Source: Candidatus Minimicrobia sp. QA0096
GTDB lineage: Bacteria; Patescibacteriota; Saccharimonadia; Saccharimonadales; Saccharimonadaceae
Assembly (NCBI RefSeq): GCF_963967315.1
Contig: NZ_OZ017288.1
Coordinates: 390,001 to 422,000 of the forward strand
Length of the DNA stretch: 32,000 nucleotides
Direction: 5' to 3'
Shown: one piece after another, positions 1-8,780 of the stretch
Numbering within the stretch: the first letter of the stretch is position 1
How the letters are laid out: each line of letters opens with the position of its first letter
Translations under genes and position numbers: made by a program
Notes under the pieces: generated by a model
What the model was told of the DNA's origin: nothing
What the model saw: the letters and a program-made list of their open reading frames with translations, nothing else
The model's database searches: none

Positions 1-458
1 CGAACCAACGTTTCTGTAATTTCCAATGCTTGCTCGCCGTTATCTGGCTGAGAAACCAACAAATTTTCCGTATCTACACCCAGACGCTTAGCGTATGCTG
101 GATCAAGGGCGTGCTCAGCATCAATAAACGCTGCCGTTCCACCCTGCTTCTGAATTTCTGCAATAGCGTGAAGCGTCAATGTTGTCTTACCCGAGCTTTC
201 TGGACCATAGATTTCTATGATACGACCTTTTGGATATCCGCCACCGAGCGCCAAATCCAAACTCAAAGCACCAGAAGGAATTACTTCAACATCGACTTTA
301 TGAGCCTCGCCCAATTTCATAATTGATCCGTCGCCAAATTGCTTGGTGATTTGATCCATTGCTAGACCAAGCGCCTTAAGCTTGCCTTCATCAACTTTTT
401 TATCCGATGCCTGACTTGACTTTTCTGGATTTACTGTTTTACTGTCTGATTTTGCCAT
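1..458 (-). CDS. recA: RecA recombinase, N-terminal ~152 codons (gene continues past the left edge of the window)
   Basis: Absent from the ORF track because it is edge-truncated. Reverse translation from ATG 456-458 gives [79 protein letters not shown], which includes the RecA P-loop and flanking conserved blocks. GGAGGG Shine-Dalgarno at 465-470, 6 nt upstream. Confidence 0.93.
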   Translation of the reverse strand, partial: MAKSDSKTVNPEKSSQASDKKVDEGKLKALGLAMDQITKQFGDGSIMKLGEAHKVDVEVIPSGALSLDLALGGGYPKGRIIEIYGPESSGKTTLTLHAIAEIQKQGGTAAFIDAEHALDPAYAKRLGVDTENLLVSQPDNGEQALEITETLV

Positions 459-509
459 AGCATTCCCTCCTTAGTTACTTCTTTTATTATACCGATTTGT
501 CGCAAGATT

Positions 510-518
510 TGCTATAAT
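510..518 (+). promoter_or_regulatory. Extended -10 promoter (TGcTATAAT) placed to start transcription at the pilin ATG (leaderless)
   Basis: TG at 510-511 and TATAAT at 513-518, followed by 7 nt and then ATG at 526. There is no Shine-Dalgarno between them. Confidence 0.5.
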
Positions 519-525
519 TACATTC

Positions 526-918
526 ATGAATAAGCGAAACGGTTTCACTATTATTGAACTTTTGGTTGTAGCGACTTTCTTGATTGTTATCGCAATCTTA
601 GGTTTCTCACAATATACAAAATTGACCAACGAATCAAACAACGCCAAAAAACGCACCGCGATTAACGCTATGCATTATAGCCTGGAAGAAGGTTTTTACG
701 TTAAAAATGGCTATTACCCAGAGAAGCTAGAAGAAGGTACGCTTCCAACTATGGATCCCGCATTGTTAAAAGATCCACAAGGTAAGAAAATTGGCGAAAA
801 AGACAGCAGTTACCGCTATGAATCTTCAAATTGTAATGACGGAAAATGTAAGTCATACAAACTTGTCGCGACGCTTGTCGATGAAGATGACTATATAAAA
901 GAAAGTCGCCACAAATAA
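526..918 (+). CDS. Type IV pilin / pseudopilin with prepilin N-terminal cleavage-methylation motif
   Basis: N-terminus MNKRNG|FTIIELLVVATFLIVIAILG shows a short basic leader, G-F cleavage site, Glu at +5 and a hydrophobic helix. C-terminal CNDGKC cysteine pair is typical of a pilin D-region loop. Confidence 0.85.
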   Translation: MNKRNGFTIIELLVVATFLIVIAILGFSQYTKLTNESNNAKKRTAINAMHYSLEEGFYVKNGYYPEKLEEGTLPTMDPALLKDPQGKKIGEKDSSYRYESSNCNDGKCKSYKLVATLVDEDDYIKESRHK

Positions 919-922
919 TTAG

Positions 923-1759
923 CTAATCATCACAAACAGGACGGCCATTCTTAAAGTCTTCAATGGCATTATTGATTATCGCAATTTGCTTGCGTGGATT
1001 TGCCACAAAATGGAATATGTATGTCGTTTCTTCACCCTCAGTGCTGAGGCGAATCGTGCCATAATTGAAAAGAGTCTGAATAATGCCTGATTGGCGGAAG
1101 CTTGCATCTTCAATACTGCCTAAGCTCACCGTTTGCTCGTGTCGATAAAATAAGCTACCTTGGATTTCCTGAATCACACTTTCGTTGGTCATGTAAAAAT
1201 GATTCTGCAAATATATCCACAAGGACACCGCACCACCAAGCGCCACCAGCCCAATAAGCAGCATCGCCACGCCAAACATATCGGTTAGTGACGGCATTGG
1301 CGAAATAATCGAATCTCGAGCAATTGACGGATAAAACATCACAAACACCATGATCATCACCACTAAGAAAACCGAGATTCCCGTCGGGATTAGCATACCA
1401 ATCGGATGACGCTTAATATCCAAAATAATATATTCGCCTTCACTCAAATTGAGGTTTGGGTATTGCTGAACTGATTTTTCATGTTTTTGCTTCAAATCAT
1501 CGCTAATAGTAAACGGCTTCGGGTCAATATCCCTGGCAACATGGACAACTTGCGGTTCATTAGCATACTGACTACGTAATCGCGGATCAAAATTCTCCCC
1601 ATCAATAATTTCTGGTCTTGCCGTCACATAAGAATTCGTCTGCGCCACAACCGGAGCTGGACGACCAGTCTGTGGTGGATGGTGGTACAGTGGTCGACCA
1701 TCAGCATCATACGCAACAGGCTGCGTTAAATCTTCTGACGAGGATGTTTGTGGATTCAT
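923..1759 (-). CDS. Membrane protein with bacterial PH domain (YdbT/DUF304-like) and a Pro-rich N-terminal region
   Basis: 278-aa ORF. The GEYIILDIKRHPIGML motif is followed by two TM helices and a C-terminal PH-like region (YMTNESVIQ..GTIRLSTEGEE). TGtTATAAT lies 6 nt upstream of the ATG. Confidence 0.7.
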   Translation of the reverse strand: MNPQTSSSEDLTQPVAYDADGRPLYHHPPQTGRPAPVVAQTNSYVTARPEIIDGENFDPRLRSQYANEPQVVHVARDIDPKPFTISDDLKQKHEKSVQQYPNLNLSEGEYIILDIKRHPIGMLIPTGISVFLVVMIMVFVMFYPSIARDSIISPMPSLTDMFGVAMLLIGLVALGGAVSLWIYLQNHFYMTNESVIQEIQGSLFYRHEQTVSLGSIEDASFRQSGIIQTLFNYGTIRLSTEGEETTYIFHFVANPRKQIAIINNAIEDFKNGRPVCDD

Positions 1760-1871
1760 GCCTATATTATAACACGACAGAACTTAAGATAGTCTTGTTT
1801 TTTGCCCATGGCGGCTCCTAGTTAAGTTTGTCTGGTTTTATTAAACCACAAAAAACCAAGGAATACGATAA

Positions 1872-2870
1872 CTATTTTCCCAAATGTCGCTTTGCCTTAA
1901 TCGTCACTCGACGACCACGCGGCGTACGCTCAATAAAACCAATTTGTAGCAAATATGGTTCATAAAAATCCTCAATTGTTGTCGCTTCGTCGCCAGTCAA
2001 CGCCGCAATTGTCGTTAATCCAACAGGATTATCGCCATAATTCTCCAGAATCGACTGTAATAAATTACGGTCAGCCGGATCCAAGCCCAACTCATCCACT
2101 TCCAGCATCTCCAAAGCGTTGGTTGTAGTTTTTACATCAATTATTCCGTCGCCATTAACGTCAGCATAATCACGCACGCGCTTAAGAAGTCTATTGGCAA
2201 TACGTGGCGTCAAGCGAGCCCTTGTAGATAACAAAACTGCCGCCTCATCTCGAATTGACGACTCCAAAATCTTCGCACTACGCGTCACGATTTTCGCAAT
2301 GTCCTCTGGCGTGTAAAATTCCAAACGATAAATATGCCCAAACCTATCACGCAAAGGTGCCGCCAAACTTCCGGTTCGTGTCGTCGCACCAATCACCGTA
2401 AATCGCGGCAAATCTAATCGAATTGAACGCGCTGCCGGACCTTTTCCAATCACGATATCCAGCTTAAAATCTTCCATTGCGGAATATAAAATTTCCTCAA
2501 CCGACCGACCCAACCGATGAATCTCATCAATAAACAAAATATCACCATCAGACAAATTAGTTAAAATCGACGCCAAATCGCCCGCTTTTTCAATAGCCGG
2601 ACCGCTAGTAATCCGCAGATTCGTACCCATTTCATTAGCAATCACCGTTGCCATAGTTGTTTTACCAAGCCCCGGCGGACCATATAATAATACATGATCT
2701 AACGGCTCGCCGCGCTTTTTAGCCGCATCAATCGCCAAGCGCAAATTACGTTTTAATCTTTCCTGACCAACATACTCAGCAAAACTCTGCGGACGCAGAC
2801 TCACCTCAATTCGCTGCTCTTCAGAATCATCATCATGCGAACTTGTATCAACTATTCTTTCAATTGCCAT
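1872..2870 (-). CDS. ruvB: Holliday junction branch migration DNA helicase RuvB
   Basis: 332 aa with [12 protein letters not shown] Walker [11 protein letters not shown] Walker B and full-length RuvB-like sequence ([13 protein letters not shown]...). Confidence 0.97.
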   Translation of the reverse strand: MAIERIVDTSSHDDDSEEQRIEVSLRPQSFAEYVGQERLKRNLRLAIDAAKKRGEPLDHVLLYGPPGLGKTTMATVIANEMGTNLRITSGPAIEKAGDLASILTNLSDGDILFIDEIHRLGRSVEEILYSAMEDFKLDIVIGKGPAARSIRLDLPRFTVIGATTRTGSLAAPLRDRFGHIYRLEFYTPEDIAKIVTRSAKILESSIRDEAAVLLSTRARLTPRIANRLLKRVRDYADVNGDGIIDVKTTTNALEMLEVDELGLDPADRNLLQSILENYGDNPVGLTTIAALTGDEATTIEDFYEPYLLQIGFIERTPRGRRVTIKAKRHLGK

Positions 2871-2939
2871 ACACTAATTATAACATTTACAAGCAATACT
2901 TAATTTAGGGTCAATAATTAAATATTGGAACACAAAGAT

Positions 2940-3515
2940 CTATTTCTTCAGCGCCTCAGTTACTCGCTGAGCTGTCGGCAAATTAGCATCGACGTTTTCG
3001 AGTGCCTTAGTGGCATCCGCTAATGTATAGCCCAAAGCCATCAACGCCTCCAAAGCTTCGTCGGAAGTGTTTAATTCAGTCTGTAGCGGAGCTTCCGTTC
3101 GGCCGTAATGAGTCGGTAAGCCAACTTTATCACTCAGATCAACCACTACTCGCTCGGCGGTTTTTTTGCCAACGCCCGAAGCTTTTTGCACAAAACCGCT
3201 GTCAGCATTAGCAATAGCGTTACGCACTTGCTCGGCATCACCCAAGCTCAAGATAGCCAGCGCAGCCTTCGGGCCAACCCCCTGAACCGTGATTAGCATT
3301 TCAAATAACTTTTTCGCCGCCAGGCTAGAAAACCCGAACAACTCCTCAGTTTGTTCGCGCACGTGATGATAAGTGTAAAATTTTACTTCTTGGTCTAATG
3401 TTACTGCATCAAAATCGTTAGCCGCCACACTGACTTCATATCCAACTCCATGCACGTCAATAACCAACGACCCATTAAACTTCTCGGCAACTTTTCCAAA
3501 AACATGTGCAATCAT
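2940..3515 (-). CDS. ruvA: Holliday junction DNA helicase subunit RuvA
   Basis: 191 aa. MIAHVFGKV..VIDVHGVGYEV is an N-terminal OB fold, followed by helix-hairpin-helix GVGPKAALAILS / GVGKKTAERVV. Confidence 0.95.
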   Translation of the reverse strand: MIAHVFGKVAEKFNGSLVIDVHGVGYEVSVAANDFDAVTLDQEVKFYTYHHVREQTEELFGFSSLAAKKLFEMLITVQGVGPKAALAILSLGDAEQVRNAIANADSGFVQKASGVGKKTAERVVVDLSDKVGLPTHYGRTEAPLQTELNTSDEALEALMALGYTLADATKALENVDANLPTAQRVTEALKK

Positions 3516-3522
3516 ATTTCAA

Positions 3523-3996
3523 TTATACCCGATTCATCGCCGCGTGTGTAATTGCTGCAGCCAAAGCATCCGCGCAATCATCCGGCTTCGGAACATCTTT
3601 CAAACCCAAATTAAGGCGCACCATTTCCTGAACTTGCTTTTTATCAGCCTTTCCATAGCCGGTCAAAGTTTGCTTTATTTGCAACGGTGTATATTCAGCA
3701 ATCGGCATTCCGGCTTTTCGCCCAGTCAACATCGCCACACCACGCGCCTCCGCCACAGAAATCGCCGTCGTAACATTGCGCGCAAAAAATAGCTTTTCAA
3801 TCGACATAACATCAGGATTTGTTTCGGCAATAATCTCTGTCAGGCTATCAAAAATCTCCTCCAGTCGCTCGTCAATTGGCGTATGTGCCGGCGTCGTCAC
3901 AACTCCCGCCGTGACCATCTTAAACTTGCCACGAGAAAAATCAATCACACCAAACCCTAAAATCCCCGTTCCCGGGTCAATCCCGATAATTCTCAT
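3523..3996 (-). CDS. ruvC: Crossover junction endodeoxyribonuclease RuvC
   Basis: MRIIGIDPGTGILGFGVI... is the canonical RuvC N-terminus. The ATG at 3996 is chosen over the track's 4095 start because the longer form overlaps the upstream gene and TGcTATAAT (4003-4011) lies 6 nt upstream of 3996. Confidence 0.92.
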   Translation of the reverse strand: MRIIGIDPGTGILGFGVIDFSRGKFKMVTAGVVTTPAHTPIDERLEEIFDSLTEIIAETNPDVMSIEKLFFARNVTTAISVAEARGVAMLTGRKAGMPIAEYTPLQIKQTLTGYGKADKKQVQEMVRLNLGLKDVPKPDDCADALAAAITHAAMNRV

Positions 3997-4012
3997 ATCT
4001 TTATTATAGCAA

Positions 4013-5797
4013 TTATTTGCCGTTAGCGGATTTAATACTTTCGCAGATTTTTCGTACAAATTGCGAAATTTCCCATCGCCATTGCCATACGCCATAACCG
4101 ACGGCCAGTAAGCTCACGCCACCAAATACCCACCAACCCCAAGTAGCACCAGCGACTTGCTTAACTTCAGCGGCCGCCGAACCAACAGTTGGCATATTCG
4201 CAGATTTTATCTTTCGGCATCGCTTAGTTTGTGGGTTGCGCTCAAATCCTTCTGGACATTCTTTTGCTATACCGTCAGTGGAGGCAATTTTCTTACATCG
4301 ACCCGTAGATGAATTGCGGAATTGACCTTCTGGGCAAGGCTTCAAAGTTTTTGCCGCAGCCGATGCGATAGATCGGCATCTGCCAGTTTCTTCACTACGA
4401 TAATAGCCATCTTTACAGGGCGTAATAGTTTTTTCCACTTCAATTTTTCGACAACGGCCAGTTTCTGGATGACGATATTGACCGGCGGGACAAGAAACCT
4501 CAATGGGCGGAACGGAAATTTTCACACATTTACCCAACACATTTCGCTCGTAACCACTCTGACAGTCTGGATATTCCTTAAAGATATTCTCAGAATTTTC
4601 AGTTATCATAAACGTTTGCATCCACTCATCATCAATCAAACTCCACGAAGAGCTTTTCGATAACTTCTCATATTCAGTGGAATCAATTTTCGAGCCAGCC
4701 TCGTCTAGTAAATAAACTTTTCCTTTTGTTTTTGGCAATTTCAGCTTCGTATTTTTTATTTTGATCGTTAAAAATTCACCAGGATTTAATTCGATGTCAC
4801 CAATATTTTCACGAACGCCAGAATCGCCAACTGTCAATTTACAGCCCGTCGTAATGACGGTTTTTTCGCCAGAATTGATAATTTCAATGAATTGTTCATC
4901 AACATTCGATGCGATTTCACTTAACTTCAGGCCTTCACATTTATTCAACTCCTTTGGAGATTCAGATTTGGAATCTGGGGTTTTGCAATTTGGTCGCGAA
5001 TACGGCTCAACTTCCTGATTGTTAAAATTTTTACCTGACAAAAATTTCGAATCAATAATATTTTCATCAATAAAACAGCGCCAAACAATTTTCACACCGC
5101 CTTTAATCGGCAAACCCGTAGACTTTGAATTATTCCCCCAGCCAACAGTATCTGAAACCGACCCATCCGAACGCGACAACACGACCGATCCATCATTTTG
5201 AGCCAAACCTAAATTATTATCAAACTTTATGGCATCAGCAAGCGTTTTATCGTTCGACAAAACCAAAAATCCGTTCGCCAAGATTACTTCATCCTTGAAA
5301 ATTTTTCCAACGGTTTTAGCGCCAGATCCAGTGTAATACTCTATTTTCCAACCAGCCAAATTAACATTCTGATCCGTCGGATTATAAATCTCAACGTATT
5401 TTTTATCCTGACTAATCTTTGAAATTAATATCGGAGCATTTTCTTCTGTGCTTTTATCTGAATTATCTGTTTTTGGCGGCTCAGATTCGGAATTTGATTC
5501 AGGCTTTGGAGGCTCATTGGCGACATGATTTTCATTCGAGTCATTCGTAGACGGATTTTCCAGTAGAATCTCGGAATTTTCACTTGATTGAGAAGGTGAA
5601 TTGCTATCGATCTGTTCCTTATCAACAACTGGATCTTTCACCTCCTCAGCCGATTTAAGACTATTATCAACAGTCTGAACGTCATCAACTTTCGACTCTT
5701 GAGTAGCACCTGAAACGCCTTCCGCCAAAACCAACGGCGACGGCATTATTAGTGCCGCGGCTAGTATCATAAGTAGTGTGTTTCGCAAATACTTCAT
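4013..5797 (-). CDS. Secreted, C-terminally membrane-anchored protein with two lamin-tail (LTD) domains and five two-cysteine repeats
   Basis: MKYLRNTLLMILAAALIMPSPLVLAEG is a signal peptide, with AAGGAG SD at 5803-5808. The S/N/E/P-rich linker is followed by LTD signatures YVEIYNPTDQNVNLAGWKIEYY and FIEIINSGEKTV. Five C-x2-G-x2-R-x(3-4)-G/K-x-C-x-K/S-I repeats lie at 4208-4564. C-terminal TM is ATWGWWVFGGVSLLAVGYGVWQW. Confidence 0.8.
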   Translation of the reverse strand: MKYLRNTLLMILAAALIMPSPLVLAEGVSGATQESKVDDVQTVDNSLKSAEEVKDPVVDKEQIDSNSPSQSSENSEILLENPSTNDSNENHVANEPPKPESNSESEPPKTDNSDKSTEENAPILISKISQDKKYVEIYNPTDQNVNLAGWKIEYYTGSGAKTVGKIFKDEVILANGFLVLSNDKTLADAIKFDNNLGLAQNDGSVVLSRSDGSVSDTVGWGNNSKSTGLPIKGGVKIVWRCFIDENIIDSKFLSGKNFNNQEVEPYSRPNCKTPDSKSESPKELNKCEGLKLSEIASNVDEQFIEIINSGEKTVITTGCKLTVGDSGVRENIGDIELNPGEFLTIKIKNTKLKLPKTKGKVYLLDEAGSKIDSTEYEKLSKSSSWSLIDDEWMQTFMITENSENIFKEYPDCQSGYERNVLGKCVKISVPPIEVSCPAGQYRHPETGRCRKIEVEKTITPCKDGYYRSEETGRCRSIASAAAKTLKPCPEGQFRNSSTGRCKKIASTDGIAKECPEGFERNPQTKRCRKIKSANMPTVGSAAAEVKQVAGATWGWWVFGGVSLLAVGYGVWQWRWEISQFVRKICESIKSANGK

Positions 5798-5850
5798 GCT
5801 CGCTCCTTGCTTATGGTTAATCATCTTTAGTTTAGCGTACTTTTTGTCAA

Positions 5851-5880
5851 ATTAAAAATCGCCCCAGAAAAGGAGCGACT
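5851..5880 (-). terminator. Rho-independent terminator downstream of yebC
   Basis: Minus strand reads TCGCTCC-TTTTCT-GGGGCGA (7-bp stem with one G-U) followed by TTTTTAATTT. Confidence 0.55.
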
Positions 5881-5896
5881 TCTTAGAGCGATAATT

Positions 5897-6613
5897 TTAT
5901 TCCGCCGTGATATCCGCATTTGTATGAACATTCACAACGTCATCCAAATCGTCCAACGCATCAATCATCTTCATCAATTTCTGCGCAGTTTCCATGTCGG
6001 CAATTTCTATCGGCGTATTGGCAATATATCGCAGTTCCGCATCTTTAACCTTCAAGCCTTGCTCAACCAATTTATTTCGCACGCTCGCCAAATCTTTCAA
6101 CTCCGTATACACGATAATTTCGCCGTCTTCCTCGACAGCATCTTCAGCGCCAGCATCCAAAACCGCTAGCAACAAATCTTCCCCGCTGCCTTCGATAGTA
6201 ATGACGCCTTTGCGCGTAAATTGGAACATCACACTACCAGCATCAGCAATTCTCCCGCCATTTTTAACCAACGCAGTTTTTACCTCTGGCAATGTTCGAT
6301 TACGATTATCTGTCGCTGTTTCAATAATAACGCCCACGCCGCCAGGACCATAACCTTCGTAAGCAATTTCCTCCAAAGCTGCCGCACTCTTATCTGCAAC
6401 TCGGTCAATTGCTCGCTGAATGTTTGAGCTAGGCATATTTGCAGCCTTAGCTTTTTCAATTGCCATCGCCAAACTTGAGTTCAGCGCTGGGTCTGTGCCA
6501 CCACGTGCTGCAATAGCAATTTGATTACCCAGTTTCGTAAAAATCGCGCCGCGCTTAGCGTCAACAATCGCTTTTTGTCGGTGAGTTGTAGCCCATTTAC
6601 TGTGTCCTGACAT
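5897..6613 (-). CDS. yebC: YebC/PmpR family DNA-binding transcriptional regulator
   Basis: MSGHSKWATTHRQKAIVDAKRGAIFTKL... is the family-defining N-terminus. Length is 238 aa, with an AGGAGA SD. Confidence 0.93.
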   Translation of the reverse strand: MSGHSKWATTHRQKAIVDAKRGAIFTKLGNQIAIAARGGTDPALNSSLAMAIEKAKAANMPSSNIQRAIDRVADKSAAALEEIAYEGYGPGGVGVIIETATDNRNRTLPEVKTALVKNGGRIADAGSVMFQFTRKGVITIEGSGEDLLLAVLDAGAEDAVEEDGEIIVYTELKDLASVRNKLVEQGLKVKDAELRYIANTPIEIADMETAQKLMKMIDALDDLDDVVNVHTNADITAE

Positions 6614-6660
6614 AATTTCTCCTAAAGTTATTTGCTATTTCAATCTGTTACTATTATACA

Positions 6661-8112
6661 CTACTCCACAATATTTATCTTAGCGAGGTCTAATTTAGTT
6701 TGCTTTTTCATCCAAATCATTGCCAAAATTAGCGCCACATATAAAACCGCACACTGCCACAAATTGATACTAACTTCCATTTGAGCCCATTCAAATCCAG
6801 CCGTCCAATTGGTGACTTGAATCATATAGCCAAGTAGCCACGTCGTCGGAATTGCAATCAACACACCAATCATCGGCACAAAAACCAGTACACCCGACAT
6901 AAACGTCAGCAGCATCGCTAGCGGTACAAACGGCAAAATCAACATATTCGCAATTAGCGCCACATTACTAATAACCCCAAAACTCATCATAAGTAGCGGC
7001 AATGTCATAATTTGCGCCGACAAAGTTTCAATTAAAATTTGTCGAAACGCGCCCGGCTCTTTATTGCCAAAAAAGTAAGAATGCAAAAGTGGCGCCAACA
7101 TAATTACACCCGCAAATGAAGCAAAGCTTAATTGCCAGCCCAAATCACCCCAGCCAAATTGTGGATTTATCAATAGCGTAATTGCCGCCGACACAGGAAG
7201 CAGGACCAGCGGATGAATTGTCCGACCATAATACCACGCCGCCAAACTCAGTCCCGCCACCAAGCCAGCCCTCGACATACTAGGACTTAATCCAGTCACC
7301 GCCATAAAACCAATTATCATAACAGCCGCGCTGAGCATCGCTAAATATTTTGATCGCTTGGCGAATAATTGTCGCGCTAAACGAACTAAAATTGTTAAAT
7401 TATAGCCGCTCGCCACCACGATATGCGTTAGTCCAGCAATTTTCAAATTGTCACTTAATTCAGCTGGCATAGCACGTCTTAAACCCAGTAAAAATCCCAG
7501 CCCTAGCGCAGATTCAGACTCTGGAACGTGAGTGCGAACTCGCCCGGCAAACCAATCGCGAACTCCCACCGCCACATCACCCGGAACGGGTCTTTCGGCA
7601 CTAATAATTTTCGCCCGATATATGCTTGCTGAAAAAGCCCCAAATCCCGCCGTCATTTTACCCTTAACCCTCACAATATCACTACGCTTAATTGAGTTTT
7701 TATCTGGTGTCGTTACCCAAATTTGTCCCGGCAATTTTTCATTATTCATCTGCAAATTGCCCAGTCTAAGAACCGTTTGACTATTTTTATCGAGATCAGG
7801 ATCCTCCAAAACTTGACCTTGGATAATTGCGACTTTTCCGATTAACGAATCATAAACCTCCACGCCTTTTCTGCCGATTTCACCGCGCCAAAGACCAATC
7901 AAAACTCCAGAAATAATTGCTAAAATCACGAAAAATCGCCAGCGCCAAATTGCCACGATTACAAAAATAACCAGCCCGACCAATAAAAATAATGGATTCG
8001 CCGCAAACGACCGCGGTATGTAATGGATGGAAATTACGCCAATTGTCAGACCGAGGCACCACACCGCCACCAACCAAGAAATATGCAACTTCTTAAATAG
8101 CCAACTATTCAT
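6661..8112 (-). CDS. comEC: ComEC/Rec2 family competence channel protein (OB/DUF4131 plus competence domain only)
   Basis: 483-aa polytopic protein. It has N-terminal TMs, a soluble OB-like segment (VAIIQGQVLEDPD..VRVKGKM), then the competence-domain TM bundle (GLTHIVVASGYNLTIL..MSRAGL). There is no C-terminal metallo-beta-lactamase region. Confidence 0.87.
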   Translation of the reverse strand: MNSWLFKKLHISWLVAVWCLGLTIGVISIHYIPRSFAANPLFLLVGLVIFVIVAIWRWRFFVILAIISGVLIGLWRGEIGRKGVEVYDSLIGKVAIIQGQVLEDPDLDKNSQTVLRLGNLQMNNEKLPGQIWVTTPDKNSIKRSDIVRVKGKMTAGFGAFSASIYRAKIISAERPVPGDVAVGVRDWFAGRVRTHVPESESALGLGFLLGLRRAMPAELSDNLKIAGLTHIVVASGYNLTILVRLARQLFAKRSKYLAMLSAAVMIIGFMAVTGLSPSMSRAGLVAGLSLAAWYYGRTIHPLVLLPVSAAITLLINPQFGWGDLGWQLSFASFAGVIMLAPLLHSYFFGNKEPGAFRQILIETLSAQIMTLPLLMMSFGVISNVALIANMLILPFVPLAMLLTFMSGVLVFVPMIGVLIAIPTTWLLGYMIQVTNWTAGFEWAQMEVSINLWQCAVLYVALILAMIWMKKQTKLDLAKINIVE

Positions 8113-8140
8113 ACTTAAAGTATATCTGGATCTGAAGCCA

Positions 8141-8165
8141 TAAAAAAGACTCCGCCAAGGGAGTC
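8141..8165 (-). terminator. Rho-independent terminator after tRNA-Lys
   Basis: Minus strand reads GACTCC-CTTGGC-GGAGTC followed by TTTTTTAT. Confidence 0.6.
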
Positions 8166-8176
8166 GATTTCAAATT

Positions 8177-8253
8177 TGGAGGGTCCACCGGGGCTTGAAC
8201 CCGGGACACCCTGCTTAAAAGGCAGGTGCTCTAACCAGCTGAGCTATGGACCC
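8177..8253 (-). tRNA. tRNA-Lys (anticodon UUU), CCA encoded
   Basis: Reverse complement GGGTCCATAGCTCAGCTGGTTAGAGCACCTGCCTTTTAAGCAGGGTGTCCCGGGTTCAAGCCCCGGTGGACCCTCCA folds as a cloverleaf: 7-bp acceptor, GCTC/GAGC D stem, CCTGC/GCAGG anticodon stem with loop CTTTTAA, and CCGGG/CCCGG T stem. Confidence 0.95.
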
Positions 8254-8300
8254 ATTCGGAATATCCGCTTTCTTCATCCTAGCACAAACCAACACAAAGG

Positions 8301-8780
8301 TCAATGCTTAGCAAGTTTATGTCCGCCAGTATGTAGTGAAAAAATGTCAATTAGACCACACACCAGACCAAACGTAGCCACATACCGCCAATTATTCGCG
8401 AAAATCCTATACAGCTCCAGCGCCTGTCCGTCTAGTGATATATATTTTCCCAGAGGAACCACCAATAGCGCTGCCGTCAAAAACGCAATTCCCACCGCCG
8501 AGACAATTCTCTCATGTTTTTTCTGATATCTCGGACCACTTAGAAGAAGCATAATTAACGGAATCAACGTTAAGACTAATCCCGAAATTACACCATTTGG
8601 CAATAAACCAGTTTTCAATTTCAAGCCGTCCAGCACCACCGTCAGCCAGTTGCTCCACCATTCTGATAGTAAAAATCCCGTCGCCAACGCCAACGCCAAC
8701 GGACCGAATCTTCGAGATGAAACAAATGCAACCGCAAAAACCGTTACTAAAATTACTCCAAATAGAATTATCACGCTCAC
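8301..8780 (-). CDS. Hypothetical integral membrane protein (about 5 TM)
   Basis: 159-aa hydrophobic ORF whose start overlaps the stop of the upstream DUF192 gene. No recognisable motif. Confidence 0.55.
   Translation of the reverse strand: MSVIILFGVILVTVFAVAFVSSRRFGPLALALATGFLLSEWWSNWLTVVLDGLKLKTGLLPNGVISGLVLTLIPLIMLLLSGPRYQKKHERIVSAVGIAFLTAALLVVPLGKYISLDGQALELYRIFANNWRYVATFGLVCGLIDIFSLHTGGHKLAKH

Noticed and set aside
1822-1871. Hairpin TGGTTT-tatt-AAACCA downstream of ruvB as a terminator
   Set aside because: On the minus (transcribed) strand the stem is not followed by a T-run. The T-run precedes it, so I did not call a terminator.
3997-4095. Longer RuvC start (MAYGNGDGKFRNLYEK...) given in the ORF track
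   Set aside because: The extension overlaps the 3' end of the LTD gene and has no RuvC homology. MRIIGIDPG is the conserved N-terminus and is preceded by TGcTATAAT-N6.
4322-5201. Plus-strand ORFs (4322-4663, 4761-5018, 5019-5201) antisense to the LTD gene
   Set aside because: They are shadow ORFs inside a well-supported minus-strand gene that has a signal peptide, LTD motifs and repeats.
5798-5824. Upstream starts for the LTD protein (MINHKQGAS, 5824). The same question arose for hrcA (MLDLRYNWT, 18399) and the 164-aa ORF (MIYLLLAI, 22535)
   Set aside because: Internal ATGs have better initiation signals: AAGGAG before 5797 and TATAAT-N6 before 18372. They also give canonical N-termini (a signal peptide; the HrcA MTERQ start). 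For the 164-aa ORF the choice of 22511 is made with low confidence.
8176-8526. 116-aa plus-strand ORF starting MEGPPGLEPGTPCLKGRCSNQLSYGP
   Set aside because: Its 5' end is the antisense of tRNA-Lys (8177-8253) and the rest overlaps the minus-strand membrane protein, so it is an artefact. The same applies to 31777-31959 (-), which overlaps the CAU tRNA at the right end.
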